Below are positions 38,023 to 46,982 of a DNA stretch of 60,127 nt, piece by piece. The notes beneath the pieces are model-generated. The model searched no databases. It was given only the letters and a program-made list of their open reading frames with translations, and was not told where the DNA came from. This DNA comes from an uncultured Spirochaetales bacterium (GTDB lineage Bacteria > UBP6 > UBA1177). The stretch covers positions 1 through 60,127 of the forward strand of contig CAZTKP010000001.1 of assembly GCA_964614215.1 (NCBI GenBank), given 5' to 3'. The first letter of the stretch is position 1; each line of letters opens with the position of its first letter. Position numbers and translations under genes: made by a program.

Positions 38023-39988
38023 TCAGCAACGAACAGCCGATACTTTCTTCCTGCACATCATCTTGCTCTTCAACAGGATCCTTTGAGTTATCTTCGATCT
38101 CATCTTTATTGTTGTCGGGAATTTCATTTTTATCATCAGCTTCTTCAGTATCAGTTTCCTCGTAGTTATCCTGAACTTCATTGTCAGATACTTCCTGCGT
38201 ATTATCTCGGTCATCGGTCTGATCGTCACGTTCTTCATCTGAAGATTCTATATCCTCATCCATATTACCGGAATCAGCATCTATATTGCCGGAATCAGCT
38301 GCATCATCTTCTGTGTCGTCTTCAAACTCTTCATCAGGAAACTCTATTCCTTCGAAATCCCAGCATTCATCTTTTGTGCAGGGCGATGATTCATCTATAT
38401 CCTCTTTAAGCTGCAGAGATATCTCTCCGCCACCTTTTATCCATGCCGCTGCCACAGCTCTTAAAGCATTTACCCTGCCATAACCGTATTTATTACTATG
38501 CCCTTTTTCATCATAGTTCGCATCACCTGTCGAGACTCTATCTGCTGTAACCAGAAGGATCTCTTTTATCTCGCCTGCAGACAGCTCTGGATTAACTTCA
38601 AGCATCAATGCTATTACTCCCGTCACAAGAGGAGCAGCGGAAGATGTATGTGAAAATCTGAAAGAATATTTTCCCCACCAGCCATCACCTCCTGCAACAG
38701 GTGAATTAGGAGTCCATCCCGCCTGGTCACTGCAGCCGTTTGACGGAGTTTCACCTTCTTCAAGACAATCCGGTCGAAGAAAATTGTCTGTTGACCATAT
38801 TCTGTCATAATAAGTGCTTGTTCCGGACTTTTCACCACCTGCTGTCGGAGCCATAATATCTAATTTTTCTCCATAGTTAGAGAAATTATACCTTTTACCT
38901 GTACTGTCTGTTGCGCCTACGGATATTGTATCAGGATGTGTTGCAAAAGGGTTCCATGAAAAATCTTCCCCGGCATTTCCTGAAGCAAATACAACAACCG
39001 TTCCGAGACCTTCTCTGCCTTCACTTGCAAAAGCTGAAAAAAGCTCATTGAAGTACTCACTGTTTATCGCTGCATCAGGACCCCAGCTACAGTTAATTAC
39101 CTCCGCCCCCTGCTCGTAAACCCATGTAAATATTGAATCCAGATACTGCTCAGGAGTTAACTGCGGATCAAACGAAGCATCAGCATCCATTCTCGCGCCG
39201 ATTATTCCGCAGAAAGGACAGACACCGGAAGGTCCCAGAGAATTATTCCCTCTTGCAGCAGCAATACCGGTTACCATTGTTCCATGAAAATTGTCCGTAA
39301 TTCCGACTGTTTCACTGAACATATTGTCCTGTTCAACGGGTCCTGAGAAATTTTTCCAGCTTAAAAAATTATCTTTGAGATCCTCATGCTGTATATCAAA
39401 ACCATCGTCTATAACACCTATCTTTCTATCCTGTCCGATTGTGTTTTCATCGGCGACACCGAGAAGCTTCAGCAGTCTCCAGGCTTCCTGGATATGTGCG
39501 TGATCATTACCTCTTACCGACAGTTTTCCGTCTGCTGATGTAACGTTTCCCGTATTATGGAAGTTCCATTGCTCACTTTGATAAGTGTCGTTGAGATACA
39601 TCGGCTCTATACCGTAAAGTTTAATCGGAACTAAAAGCTCCGGTCGGGCTGAAAATCCAATTTTTTTAAGTTGTTCCGCTTTTTTAACAGGATCTTCATT
39701 ACAGTCTGCAACAGCCCAGTTTCTTAAAAACAGCTCTTTCTTTTCACTACATCCCAGACTTTTTAAACACTCTTTCCGACCCTTTTTAAAGCACTCGTCG
39801 GTCATTTTTATGAAAAGATTCCCTGATATTTTTACAGGTTTATCGATGTTTTTCAGCTTTATTGCTTTAAAACCGTCGACTACAATAGTTTTTTCAATCT
39901 TTACATCCCTGCCGTTAACATCTAAAAAATTCTGAGCATTGAGAAATGAGATCATTAAAAGAATTGCTATCATAAACCAGCGTTTCAT
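38015..39988 (-). CDS. secreted subtilisin-like (S8) serine protease with a roughly 130-aa acidic tail
   Basis: Signal peptide. Catalytic Asp in GVIDDGFD, His in HGTMVTGIAAA and Ser in SHTSSAAPLVTG. The tail is extremely D/E-rich and ends in GCSLLTI. Confidence 0.88.
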   Translation of the reverse strand: MKRWFMIAILLMISFLNAQNFLDVNGRDVKIEKTIVVDGFKAIKLKNIDKPVKISGNLFIKMTDECFKKGRKECLKSLGCSEKKELFLRNWAVADCNEDPVKKAEQLKKIGFSARPELLVPIKLYGIEPMYLNDTYQSEQWNFHNTGNVTSADGKLSVRGNDHAHIQEAWRLLKLLGVADENTIGQDRKIGVIDDGFDIQHEDLKDNFLSWKNFSGPVEQDNMFSETVGITDNFHGTMVTGIAAARGNNSLGPSGVCPFCGIIGARMDADASFDPQLTPEQYLDSIFTWVYEQGAEVINCSWGPDAAINSEYFNELFSAFASEGREGLGTVVVFASGNAGEDFSWNPFATHPDTISVGATDSTGKRYNFSNYGEKLDIMAPTAGGEKSGTSTYYDRIWSTDNFLRPDCLEEGETPSNGCSDQAGWTPNSPVAGGDGWWGKYSFRFSHTSSAAPLVTGVIALMLEVNPELSAGEIKEILLVTADRVSTGDANYDEKGHSNKYGYGRVNALRAVAAAWIKGGGEISLQLKEDIDESSPCTKDECWDFEGIEFPDEEFEDDTEDDAADSGNIDADSGNMDEDIESSDEERDDQTDDRDNTQEVSDNEVQDNYEETDTEEADDKNEIPDNNKDEIEDNSKDPVEEQDDVQEESIGCSLLTI

Positions 39989-40108
39989 TGGTCTACCCCC
40001 TGAAAGTTAATTATCCACTTAAATAATTTTTCTTAATTTATCCGGATAGTCGACCAAGTATGAAATTTTAATTGAGTGAAAAGTCCAGATACGTAATTTT
40101 TATTGAAT

Positions 40109-40681
40109 TTATTGAGAATTTTCCATTATCTTTCTAAAGGCAATGCCGCGATGGCTAAGGGCATTTTTCTCTTCAGGAGTAAGCTCTGCCATGGTTTTTT
40201 CATAACCTTCCGGGATAAAAACGGGGTCATAGCCGAAACCGCCTGTTCCCTTTTCATCAAAACCGATAGTTCCGTGACATTTTCCCGTTTCCACAATTGC
40301 CGAGCCGTCACTTTTTAACAGAACCGCTGTACATTGAAAGTAGGCACGCCTGTCAGAGATATCTTTCATTTCATCAAGAAGTTTTTTTCTGTTAAGAGCA
40401 TCATTCCCATCTTCTCCGCCATATCTTGATGAATATACTCCGGGGTTTCCGTTTAAAGCAGGAACAACCAGTCCTGAATCATCACTCAGAACAGCAGTTC
40501 CACTAGTCATTTTAACAGCTTCCTCAGCCTTTATCACCGCGTTCTGCAAAAATGTATCGCCTTTCTCTACCGGATTAAAATCCGCAAAGAATTCCTTTAT
40601 CGAAACGATCTCATGTCCCTGAAATATCTCTTTAGCTTCTTTTAGCTTTCCCTTATTCCCCGTTGCGAACACTATCTTCAT
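40109..40681 (-). CDS. rdgB: non-canonical purine NTP pyrophosphatase RdgB/HAM1
   Basis: MKIVFATGNKGKLKE and GFGYDPVF. The ATG at 40681 forms an ATGA overlap with the trmB stop. Confidence 0.9.
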   Translation of the reverse strand: MKIVFATGNKGKLKEAKEIFQGHEIVSIKEFFADFNPVEKGDTFLQNAVIKAEEAVKMTSGTAVLSDDSGLVVPALNGNPGVYSSRYGGEDGNDALNRKKLLDEMKDISDRRAYFQCTAVLLKSDGSAIVETGKCHGTIGFDEKGTGGFGYDPVFIPEGYEKTMAELTPEEKNALSHRGIAFRKIMENSQ

Positions 40682-41277
40682 TTCTTCTCCAGCAGAAAGT
40701 AGTTTATCGGCCAACCGTCGGCGATCTGTTTCTTTTCCCACTTGGTCATGATCTCTCTGTCAGCTTCTCCGTACGGCAACTGCTTAAAAAACTGTTTTGT
40801 AAACTTCAACTCTTTTCTAATAAATTCACCGTATTCAGGGTGATCTGTTGCGATATAGAGTTTTCCGCCTTTTTTAAGTCTGTTTGAGAACATTATGAAG
40901 TTCTCAAAGCGTAAGGTTCGGAATTTATGATGTTTTTTCTTAGGCCATGGGTCAGGAAAGTAGACATGAATAGCGTCCAGTGAATTAAACGGAACAAGCT
41001 CCTTCATCACTGAAACCGCCTCAAAACAAACGACCCGGACATTATCCTGAACAAGCTTTTTCTTCAGGTTTTTCTTTCCTCTTTCAATAAACTTTCTGCT
41101 TATCTCAAGTCCCAGAAAACCTGTATCCTTTTTCAAATTTGCATATTCCCTTAAAAACAGACCACTGCAGAAACCGATCTCAACCTCTATCTTTTCTTTA
41201 TCAGGAAAAATCTCTCTGAAATTAAAAGGCTTTGACGCGATCTCTTCGAGAGGGAGCTCAAAATCACTCCTTGGCAT
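40678..41277 (-). CDS. trmB: tRNA (guanine46-N7)-methyltransferase
   Basis: EIGFCSGLF and VYFPDPWPKKKHHKFR motifs. Confidence 0.9.
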   Translation of the reverse strand: MPRSDFELPLEEIASKPFNFREIFPDKEKIEVEIGFCSGLFLREYANLKKDTGFLGLEISRKFIERGKKNLKKKLVQDNVRVVCFEAVSVMKELVPFNSLDAIHVYFPDPWPKKKHHKFRTLRFENFIMFSNRLKKGGKLYIATDHPEYGEFIRKELKFTKQFFKQLPYGEADREIMTKWEKKQIADGWPINYFLLEKK

Positions 41278-41283
41278 ATCCTC

Positions 41284-41796
41284 TCATTCTCCTTCGTAGA
41301 TCATTATATCTGGAAGGTTTCTATACTTTTCATCAAGATCAAGTCCATAGCCGATCACAAACTCGTTCTTTATATCAAAACCCAGAAAATCCACCTTAAC
41401 GCGGCCTTTATTTATCTCTTTTTTCTCAAGAAGAGAACATACTTTTACAGATTCCGGACCGACCTCTTCCATCTTTTCAAGGAAAAATGAAAGTGTGTTT
41501 CCTGTATCAACAATATCTTCAACAACAAGCAGGTTTCTTCCTCTGAACTTCTCAAGCTCTCCCATCAGCATCTCGACCTTTCCCGTTGACTGTGTTCCAC
41601 TGTAAGAAGCAAGCCTTATAAAATCAATGTCCATCTTATCAGACTGGATGGCTCTAATGAGATCTGCAGCAAAAATCGTACTTCCCTTTAAAATTATCAG
41701 GCAGGTAAAATGTCTGCCGTCATAATATTTTGTAATTTCTTTGCCAAGTTCCTGTACCCTGTCATGAATTGTATGTCTGCAGATCAGCTTTTTCAT
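41284..41796 (-). CDS. hpt: hypoxanthine phosphoribosyltransferase
   Basis: LLVVEDIVDTGNTL PRPP motif, 170 aa. Confidence 0.9.
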   Translation of the reverse strand: MKKLICRHTIHDRVQELGKEITKYYDGRHFTCLIILKGSTIFAADLIRAIQSDKMDIDFIRLASYSGTQSTGKVEMLMGELEKFRGRNLLVVEDIVDTGNTLSFFLEKMEEVGPESVKVCSLLEKKEINKGRVKVDFLGFDIKNEFVIGYGLDLDEKYRNLPDIMIYEGE

Positions 41797-43886
41797 CTTT
41801 TAATTTTCTCCAGTCTATTTATTTCTCTCATCCATTCCTTCTTTTTATAGCCAAATTCCAGTTTTGACATTTTTTCTCTTAAAAATGACGCAGCATCAAT
41901 ATTTCTTCCCAAAGCCTCAAGAACAGCAGCTTTTAACTCTATAGATTTTACATCTTCCCGTAACGCTACAGATTTTTCCGCAAAAGGAAGCGCTTTTTCA
42001 TTCTCGTCCTGCATATAGAGATAAATACCCATGTTCATTACAACTTTCTTATATACAGCTCCATCTTCCACACCGTTTTCATTCAGCTTTTTTAGGGCTA
42101 GTTCATTTATTTTAACAGCCTCTTTATACTTTCCTTTTGCGTATAATTCCGCTGCTTTATCATTAAGTTTCGCCGAATCAAGTTCCAGAAGACCTTCCTT
42201 GTCATCAATGATACCCGGGGTTTCTTCTGCTTTCTTGTCCTTAACTTCTGTTTTTGTTGCATTCTTGCTTTCAATCTCTATTTGAAATTCTTTTTTTGCA
42301 TCAACAGCAATAAAATTGTAGTAGTAATAAAATACACCAAGTCCTGTGGCAACAACAAAAAGAAATATTGCTATTTTGAGAAATCCTCTATCCTCTTTTT
42401 TTGTTTCAGAATGCTCTTCCTGCAGACCTTTTTCAAGTTTCACATCTTCCAGATGCTCATTCATTAATGTTTTCAGTTCTTCGTCATCAGAAACTGTGTT
42501 TATTATCTCTGTCTTAAGATCATCCTCTTCTGTGTCTAAAGGAATTTCCTCTTTTTCTTTTTCCTCTTCTTCTTCTTCTTTTTCCTCAATATCTACATCG
42601 ATCTCTTCAAAATTATCCTCCTGTTCAGGCTCTTTATCCTCAAGCTCTTCTTCCAGATTAAGTTCATCTGAATTTAAAAGAGATGGTGCTGAAACTTCAC
42701 TCTTCTTTTCACCAAGGTTTTTCAGTGATTCTAAAGACAGTCCATCAGCAGGGTCCAGAGTATCTTTCTGAGCCAGCGTAGGAGGAGGAACCAGTGTTTC
42801 CATCGGAGAATCATCCTGTTTCTGCTCCGGCTCTCCACCGAAATTTTCTAACAGGGACTCAAGCTCTGCTCCTTCTTCAGGTTCATTTCCAGTAAGCCAT
42901 GACGGTTCTTTAGGAAGTTTATACCTGGACTCCGTTCTTTCAACAGAAACAACTCCGAATTCAAGCATTTCTTTGAGACTGTTTACTGTCTGCTTCCTGT
43001 CAAGCTCAGTTCTTTCAATAATGTCGCTGAAACGGCTCCCTTCCGGACCGATACTTCTTACAATAATAGATATATTGTCCGGAAATCTGTTGATCTCCTT
43101 GAGGAATTTTCCAGGATTAAAATAGAGCATTGAATCCAGAGGGGGCATGTCACTAAGCTCGGAAGTATAGTCATCAAGCCAGTTTGCGGCTTTTACCAGA
43201 AGTCTGTCATGAGGCACTCTGACGTTTCTTTGAACATCAATATCCCTGTAGCTGATCGTAAAGTTTCCATCAAGCCATGAAAGGATCCGGAACAGTTCGT
43301 CAACACCATTATTGTTACTACTATCCTCAGTTTCGATTCTTGTTACAGCTCCGTTGGTAAAAAATATTTTTGCATTCTTTTCAGTTGACGAAGAAAGTTC
43401 CACCACGCCACTTGATCTGTTTTCAGCAATAATATTAAGCACATCTATAACTGAAATGCTTGACACGTCACCTTTAAATTCTTTTTTGCTTTTTGACGAT
43501 GAAAGCAGCTCGTTAAACTTTTTCTGGTCAAAAAAATCGTTAATTCTGTGCACAAGAACTTTGATGAAAATGGGTTTCATAAAAAAAGCTTCCGCCCCCA
43601 TTTCATGGGCAAGGATCTTGTCCTCCACATTTCTTGAGCTTGAAAGAAAAATGAACGGAGTATCCATTGTCTCAGGGTTCATCTTGACTCTTTTGAGGAA
43701 ATCAACTCCCGTAAGTTCAGGCAGCTCCATTTCCGAAATGATCAGATCCGGAGAAAAGTCTTTAACAACTTTTATTGCGTTTACCGTTCTTGAAAGCGAT
43801 TTAACATCATATCCCTGTTGGCGAAGCTTAAGCTCCAGAACTGCTGTTACCTGATCATCAGCATCAACTATCAGTATTTTTCTCAA
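41793..43886 (-). CDS. response-regulator receiver / PATAN (DUF4388) / acidic linker / TM / TPR protein
   Basis: REC domain: ILIVDADD...LIISEMELP...MKP. PATAN-like: GDVSSISVIDVLNIIAENRSSGVVEL...IFFTNGAV. One TM helix (IAIFLFVVATGLGVFYYY). C-terminal TPRs. TTG start preceded by GGAGGA. Confidence 0.8.
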   Translation of the reverse strand: MRKILIVDADDQVTAVLELKLRQQGYDVKSLSRTVNAIKVVKDFSPDLIISEMELPELTGVDFLKRVKMNPETMDTPFIFLSSSRNVEDKILAHEMGAEAFFMKPIFIKVLVHRINDFFDQKKFNELLSSSKSKKEFKGDVSSISVIDVLNIIAENRSSGVVELSSSTEKNAKIFFTNGAVTRIETEDSSNNNGVDELFRILSWLDGNFTISYRDIDVQRNVRVPHDRLLVKAANWLDDYTSELSDMPPLDSMLYFNPGKFLKEINRFPDNISIIVRSIGPEGSRFSDIIERTELDRKQTVNSLKEMLEFGVVSVERTESRYKLPKEPSWLTGNEPEEGAELESLLENFGGEPEQKQDDSPMETLVPPPTLAQKDTLDPADGLSLESLKNLGEKKSEVSAPSLLNSDELNLEEELEDKEPEQEDNFEEIDVDIEEKEEEEEEKEKEEIPLDTEEDDLKTEIINTVSDDEELKTLMNEHLEDVKLEKGLQEEHSETKKEDRGFLKIAIFLFVVATGLGVFYYYYNFIAVDAKKEFQIEIESKNATKTEVKDKKAEETPGIIDDKEGLLELDSAKLNDKAAELYAKGKYKEAVKINELALKKLNENGVEDGAVYKKVVMNMGIYLYMQDENEKALPFAEKSVALREDVKSIELKAAVLEALGRNIDAASFLREKMSKLEFGYKKKEWMREINRLEKIKR

Positions 43887-44406
43887 TATCTTCCTCCGAC
43901 TGTTCCCTTTTGCAATATTTAATCAAAGTGATCATATTGCCTTTTTTGTTAAAAAGAACCTTATCAAAAACTGAAGAAATTATCCTTAGGCCGAAACCAT
44001 TGAAACGTTCGTCATCACACCCTTCACATTTTTCAGCTCTTTTAAGAGCCTCCTCCCAGTTAAAACCTTTACCCTGGTCCTCAATTTCGATCACCTGCTT
44101 TTCGTCATCAACCGTTGAGGTTATTCTGACCCTTCTTTTTGCACAGGGCAGTCTATTTGTGAGCTTTTTTAAAAAAAGATCATACTCCCCTTTTTCCAGC
44201 AATTCTTTTTTTTCTTCACCGGTTATCTCAAGATTTCCGTGCTCAATAGCATTAAAAACCGCCTCATAAACCGCAATTTCAAGAAGATACAGGTCAGGGA
44301 AAAGTTTTGAGGACGAGCTGATAATTTCCGATACAGCCAGAGATATCTCGCTCATTCTGCTCTCTATTTCAAAAACTTTAACATCAGTCCCGGATCTTTT
44401 GCTCAA
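43864..44406 (-). CDS. RsbW/SpoIIAB-type anti-sigma serine kinase (HATPase_c_2)
   Basis: N-box AVFNAIEHGN, G1 EDQGKGF and G2 GFGLRII, 180 aa. Confidence 0.8.
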   Translation of the reverse strand: MSKRSGTDVKVFEIESRMSEISLAVSEIISSSSKLFPDLYLLEIAVYEAVFNAIEHGNLEITGEEKKELLEKGEYDLFLKKLTNRLPCAKRRVRITSTVDDEKQVIEIEDQGKGFNWEEALKRAEKCEGCDDERFNGFGLRIISSVFDKVLFNKKGNMITLIKYCKREQSEEDIEKNTDS

Positions 44407-44414
44407 ACCAACTC

Positions 44415-45494
44415 CTAAGAATACAGAGCATTTAAATACTCTGTCATTCTTTTAATATCGAATTCTTTATCAACAACACCCTTTTCTATAGCAGATCTGG
44501 GCATTCCTGAAACTGCACACTCATATCTGTCCTGCGCTATTGTTACAGCACCGTTCTTCTTCATCTCTTCAAGACCTCCCGCTCCGTCACAACCCATGCC
44601 TGTCATGATCACTCCTACGGCATTTGACCTTACAACAGAGGCTGCAGACTTAAAAAGAACGTCTACCGATGGCTGATGTCTGTTGACCTTAGGTCCTTTC
44701 TTGACAACAGTTTTATAGCCTTCCGGAGTTTTCTGGATCATGAGGTGGTGTCCACCTTTTGCTATGATAACATCTCCCTTTTTAAGCAGATGCCCGTTCT
44801 CAGCTTCAAAAACACTGAACGGATAGAGTTTGTTTAACCTGTCGGCAAAACTTTTTGAGAAAAAAGGCGGAATATGCTGAACGATCATTATCGGAGGCAT
44901 TATCCTGTAATCAAGACCGGACAGCAGCTTTTCGATCACTATTGTTCCACCGGTCGAGGCTCCGATAAAAATTACCGAGGTCATCGGATTCATTCTAATA
45001 TTTTCATCAAGAGGAACCAGTTTGATGGTCTGGCGGCTCAATGTCGTAAGAGACTCGTCTTTCTGCCTGTGTTTATGAAGATTAAGCCATGACCTGGGAA
45101 CCAGAGATGCCGCAACAAGCTTATCGTGAATAACTTCCGAAACTTCACTTAGAGAAGATTCGTTGTCCGGCTTTAAAATATAATCTATGGCCCCGAGCTC
45201 CAGAGCTTTCAGTGTATAGGCCGCATTTTCCGTTGTAAGAGAACTTATCATTACAACAGGGAGAGGAACACCTCTCATTATCTTGTCCAGAAAGGTCAGT
45301 CCGTCCATTTTAGGCATTTCGATATCCAGAGTTATTATGTCAGGCATCTGCCTTTTCATGATAGAATGAGCTTCAAACGGATCTGCAGCCTTTCCGATAA
45401 CCTCAAAATCTTCAAATCCATCTATGATCTGTGTAAGTATTTCTCTTGCTGTTCTGGAATCATCAACAATGAGTACTTTTTTCTTAACGATCAT
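44415..45494 (-). CDS. cheB: protein-glutamate methylesterase/deamidase CheB
   Basis: REC domain (VLIVDDS, ITLDIEMPKMDG) plus a methylesterase domain (IGASTGG, GMGCDGAGGL). The start could also be 45518. Confidence 0.92.
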   Translation of the reverse strand: MIVKKKVLIVDDSRTAREILTQIIDGFEDFEVIGKAADPFEAHSIMKRQMPDIITLDIEMPKMDGLTFLDKIMRGVPLPVVMISSLTTENAAYTLKALELGAIDYILKPDNESSLSEVSEVIHDKLVAASLVPRSWLNLHKHRQKDESLTTLSRQTIKLVPLDENIRMNPMTSVIFIGASTGGTIVIEKLLSGLDYRIMPPIMIVQHIPPFFSKSFADRLNKLYPFSVFEAENGHLLKKGDVIIAKGGHHLMIQKTPEGYKTVVKKGPKVNRHQPSVDVLFKSAASVVRSNAVGVIMTGMGCDGAGGLEEMKKNGAVTIAQDRYECAVSGMPRSAIEKGVVDKEFDIKRMTEYLNALYS

Positions 45495-46110
45495 CTGCCG
45501 ACCCTTTGCTACTGTCATTAAATAGTGTTATTCCGCCACTTATATCTTCCTGTTTCTTATGAAGTACAGAGGCCTTATATTTTCTTTCAACATCCATATC
45601 GCTCTCGTTATTTCCGTGTAGTTTTTTAACAAGGACCCTTCCATTTTCAGCAGGTAGAAAGATAACTTTTCTACCGATATTTCCGCCGATATCGCTTGCA
45701 AGAACCTCAATTTCCTCGTACTGGAGAAAAGTGCGGACAAAATTAAGGTTTGCTTCAGGAATATTTCCGTCAGACTTTCTAAAGTTCAACACATGGGCCC
45801 CTCCGAATATCTTCGCCTGAAGCTTGTTTCTTCTGGCTCCCATTTTCATCATTTCATTTATAAGTTTTTCCATCGCAAACATTCCGTAGCGACTGCTCTT
45901 TGATGCAAAGACCTCGTCATTCCTGAAATCACCAGGCAGCATAAAGTGGTTCATTCCGCCGATATTTCTTTCAAGGTCCATAAGGCATACGGCAACACAG
46001 GACCCCAGCACGGTCGCTATTCCTTCAGTTGAATGGTCCACGACATAGTACTCCCCGGGCTGTATCACAACGATATCTCTATTAAGCTTTCTGTTGAAAG
46101 ACTTATACAT
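45484..46110 (-). CDS. cheD: chemoreceptor glutamine deamidase CheD
   Basis: VLGSCVAVCLMD and GGMNHFMLPG motifs, with a roughly 40-aa C-terminal extension. Confidence 0.9.
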   Translation of the reverse strand: MYKSFNRKLNRDIVVIQPGEYYVVDHSTEGIATVLGSCVAVCLMDLERNIGGMNHFMLPGDFRNDEVFASKSSRYGMFAMEKLINEMMKMGARRNKLQAKIFGGAHVLNFRKSDGNIPEANLNFVRTFLQYEEIEVLASDIGGNIGRKVIFLPAENGRVLVKKLHGNNESDMDVERKYKASVLHKKQEDISGGITLFNDSSKGSADDR

Positions 46111-46127
46111 TCATTCTCCGCTTTAAG

Positions 46128-46982
46128 TTACTCCTGCATTTTTTTCTGATAAACTGTATTCTTAAGATATGTCAGACCATCCACCATATCAAAAAGTGTT
46201 TCGGAATGACCCATCATAATATAACCACCCGGGTTCAGGTATCTGTAAAGCTTATTCACAACTCTTCTCTTTGTTTCCGGATTGAAATATATGATAACAT
46301 TCCGGCAAAAAATAACATCAAAAGTTGTAGATATGGGATATTCAGAAGCAACAAAGTTCAGCTGTTTGAAAGTAACCATTTTTCTAATAAAATCTTTAAC
46401 CTTATAAAGGCCACTGCTTTCGTCTTTTCCTCTGAGAAAATACTTTCTCATATATTCTTCAGGCATCACAGAAACAATACTGCTGTCATAGATGCCTTTT
46501 GACGCAACGGTCAGAACACTCGTGTCAATATCAGTTGCAAGTATCTTTACCGGAATATTGTACTTCTCGACAAAATGCTTGGCCATGACCATGGCAATAG
46601 TATACGGCTCTTCCCCTGTAGAGCATGCGGCAGACCAGATCTTCACTATTCTTTTATTCTTAGCAAGCAAAGCCGGAATTATCTTTGATACAAGAAAATC
46701 AAAATGATGAGCTTCTCTGAAAAAATCAGTTTTATTCGTGGTTATAGAGTTTATAAAGTTCTGCACTTCCGTAAATCCTGAAGGAGACACAAGAAGACTA
46801 TGGTAGTCTGAAAAACTCTTCAATTTCAAAGCCTTAAGTCTTCTTGAAAACCTTGAGATAACTAGTTCTCTCTTTGTTTCTGAAAGACTTATCCCGCTAA
46901 TTTTATAAACCAGGTCTCTAAGTTTTGTAAACTCTTCATCGCTCAGAGCGATCTTTTTGATCTCAAATTTGTTCTCACTCAT
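46128..46982 (-). CDS. cheR: chemotaxis protein methyltransferase CheR
   Basis: TDFFRE and IWSAACSTGEEPYT. ATG at 46982 (the track start is TTG). Confidence 0.92.
   Translation of the reverse strand: MSENKFEIKKIALSDEEFTKLRDLVYKISGISLSETKRELVISRFSRRLKALKLKSFSDYHSLLVSPSGFTEVQNFINSITTNKTDFFREAHHFDFLVSKIIPALLAKNKRIVKIWSAACSTGEEPYTIAMVMAKHFVEKYNIPVKILATDIDTSVLTVASKGIYDSSIVSVMPEEYMRKYFLRGKDESSGLYKVKDFIRKMVTFKQLNFVASEYPISTTFDVIFCRNVIIYFNPETKRRVVNKLYRYLNPGGYIMMGHSETLFDMVDGLTYLKNTVYQKKMQE

Noticed and set aside
40011-40046. Two DnaA-box-like 9-mers (TTATCCACT and TTATCCGGA) in the AT-rich 120-bp gap between the S8 protease start and the rdgB end. With dnaB and parAB in the window, this raised the question of an origin.
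   Set aside because: There are only two imperfect boxes, no dnaA or dnaN nearby, no AT-rich 13-mer array, and the gap is too short. It is most likely just the protease promoter region.
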